In this document: piece after piece, positions 63,878-64,000 of the stretch
Position numbering within the stretch: position 1 is the stretch's first letter
Layout: every line of letters begins with the position of its first letter
Translations under genes and position numbers: made by a program
Origin: a virus
IMG/VR virus record: IMGVR_UViG_3300012984_000012
Span: 65,881 to 129,880 of that record
DNA length: 64,000 nucleotides
Reading direction: 5' to 3' (one strand)
The notes under the pieces: generated by a model
Seen by the model: the letters and a program-made list of their open reading frames with translations, nothing else
The model's database searches: none
What the model was told of the DNA's origin: nothing

Positions 63878-64000
63878 TCACTTCTTTTTCGGTTTCTTGA
63901 TCTCTTTCGTCATCTCTGGGTGCTTGTCCCTCGAGTGCTGGTGATAGCAATCAACACAGACGATCGCATCACACCTCAGGCAGACCCACGCTTCCGACCC
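63878..64000 (-). CDS. 3' end of a Cys/His-rich small protein (start outside window)
   Basis: ...WVCLRCDAIVCVDCYHQHSRDKHPEMTKEIKKPKKK*. Confidence 0.55.
   Translation of the reverse strand, partial: GSEAWVCLRCDAIVCVDCYHQHSRDKHPEMTKEIKKPKKK

Noticed and set aside
1-64000. Genome-wide stop-codon reassignment (suggested by the UCA-containing tRNA loops)
   Set aside because: Long conserved genes are intact in code 11, and TGA, TAG and TAA all end genes at expected protein ends, often in ATGA overlaps

Overview
A 64 kb segment of a large (jumbo-type) contractile-tailed phage genome, read in the standard bacterial code. From left to right it contains: (1) host-takeover and housekeeping genes (PIN/PhoH, a stand-alone sigma-70 region-4 protein, Hc1 histone-like protein, DinG-type Fe-S helicase, ClpP, a degenerate GroEL-like chaperonin); (2) a ~16 kb glycosylation island (8 glycosyltransferase-like genes, a methyltransferase, PseB/PseC/PseH-like sugar enzymes, ATP-grasp, HAD, UDP-sugar dehydrogenase); (3) an NAD+ salvage / ADP-ribose module (NadM-Nudix, NAMPT, macro domain); (4) a translation-related operon (leader, conserved hypothetical, Pth2-like hydrolase, coaE, two tRNAs); (5) a Cas4-like nuclease, two more GTs and a gp55-like late sigma factor; (6) ~22 kb of baseplate and tail-fibre genes; (7) RNA-repair genes (two RNA ligases, HAD phosphatase) and a tRNA array carrying a homing-type endonuclease. 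The most striking candidate for an undescribed system lies at 28076-29766. A leaderless uORF stops at UGA-A, but its +1 frame encodes an RGPP ribosome-arrest-like motif whose codons are the anti-SD of the next gene. The operon it heads encodes a Pth2-like enzyme and two different tRNA bodies sharing one 8-nt anticodon loop (A-U-UUCA-A-C), complementary to the quadruplet UGAA. All calls come from reading motifs by eye; no database searches were run.
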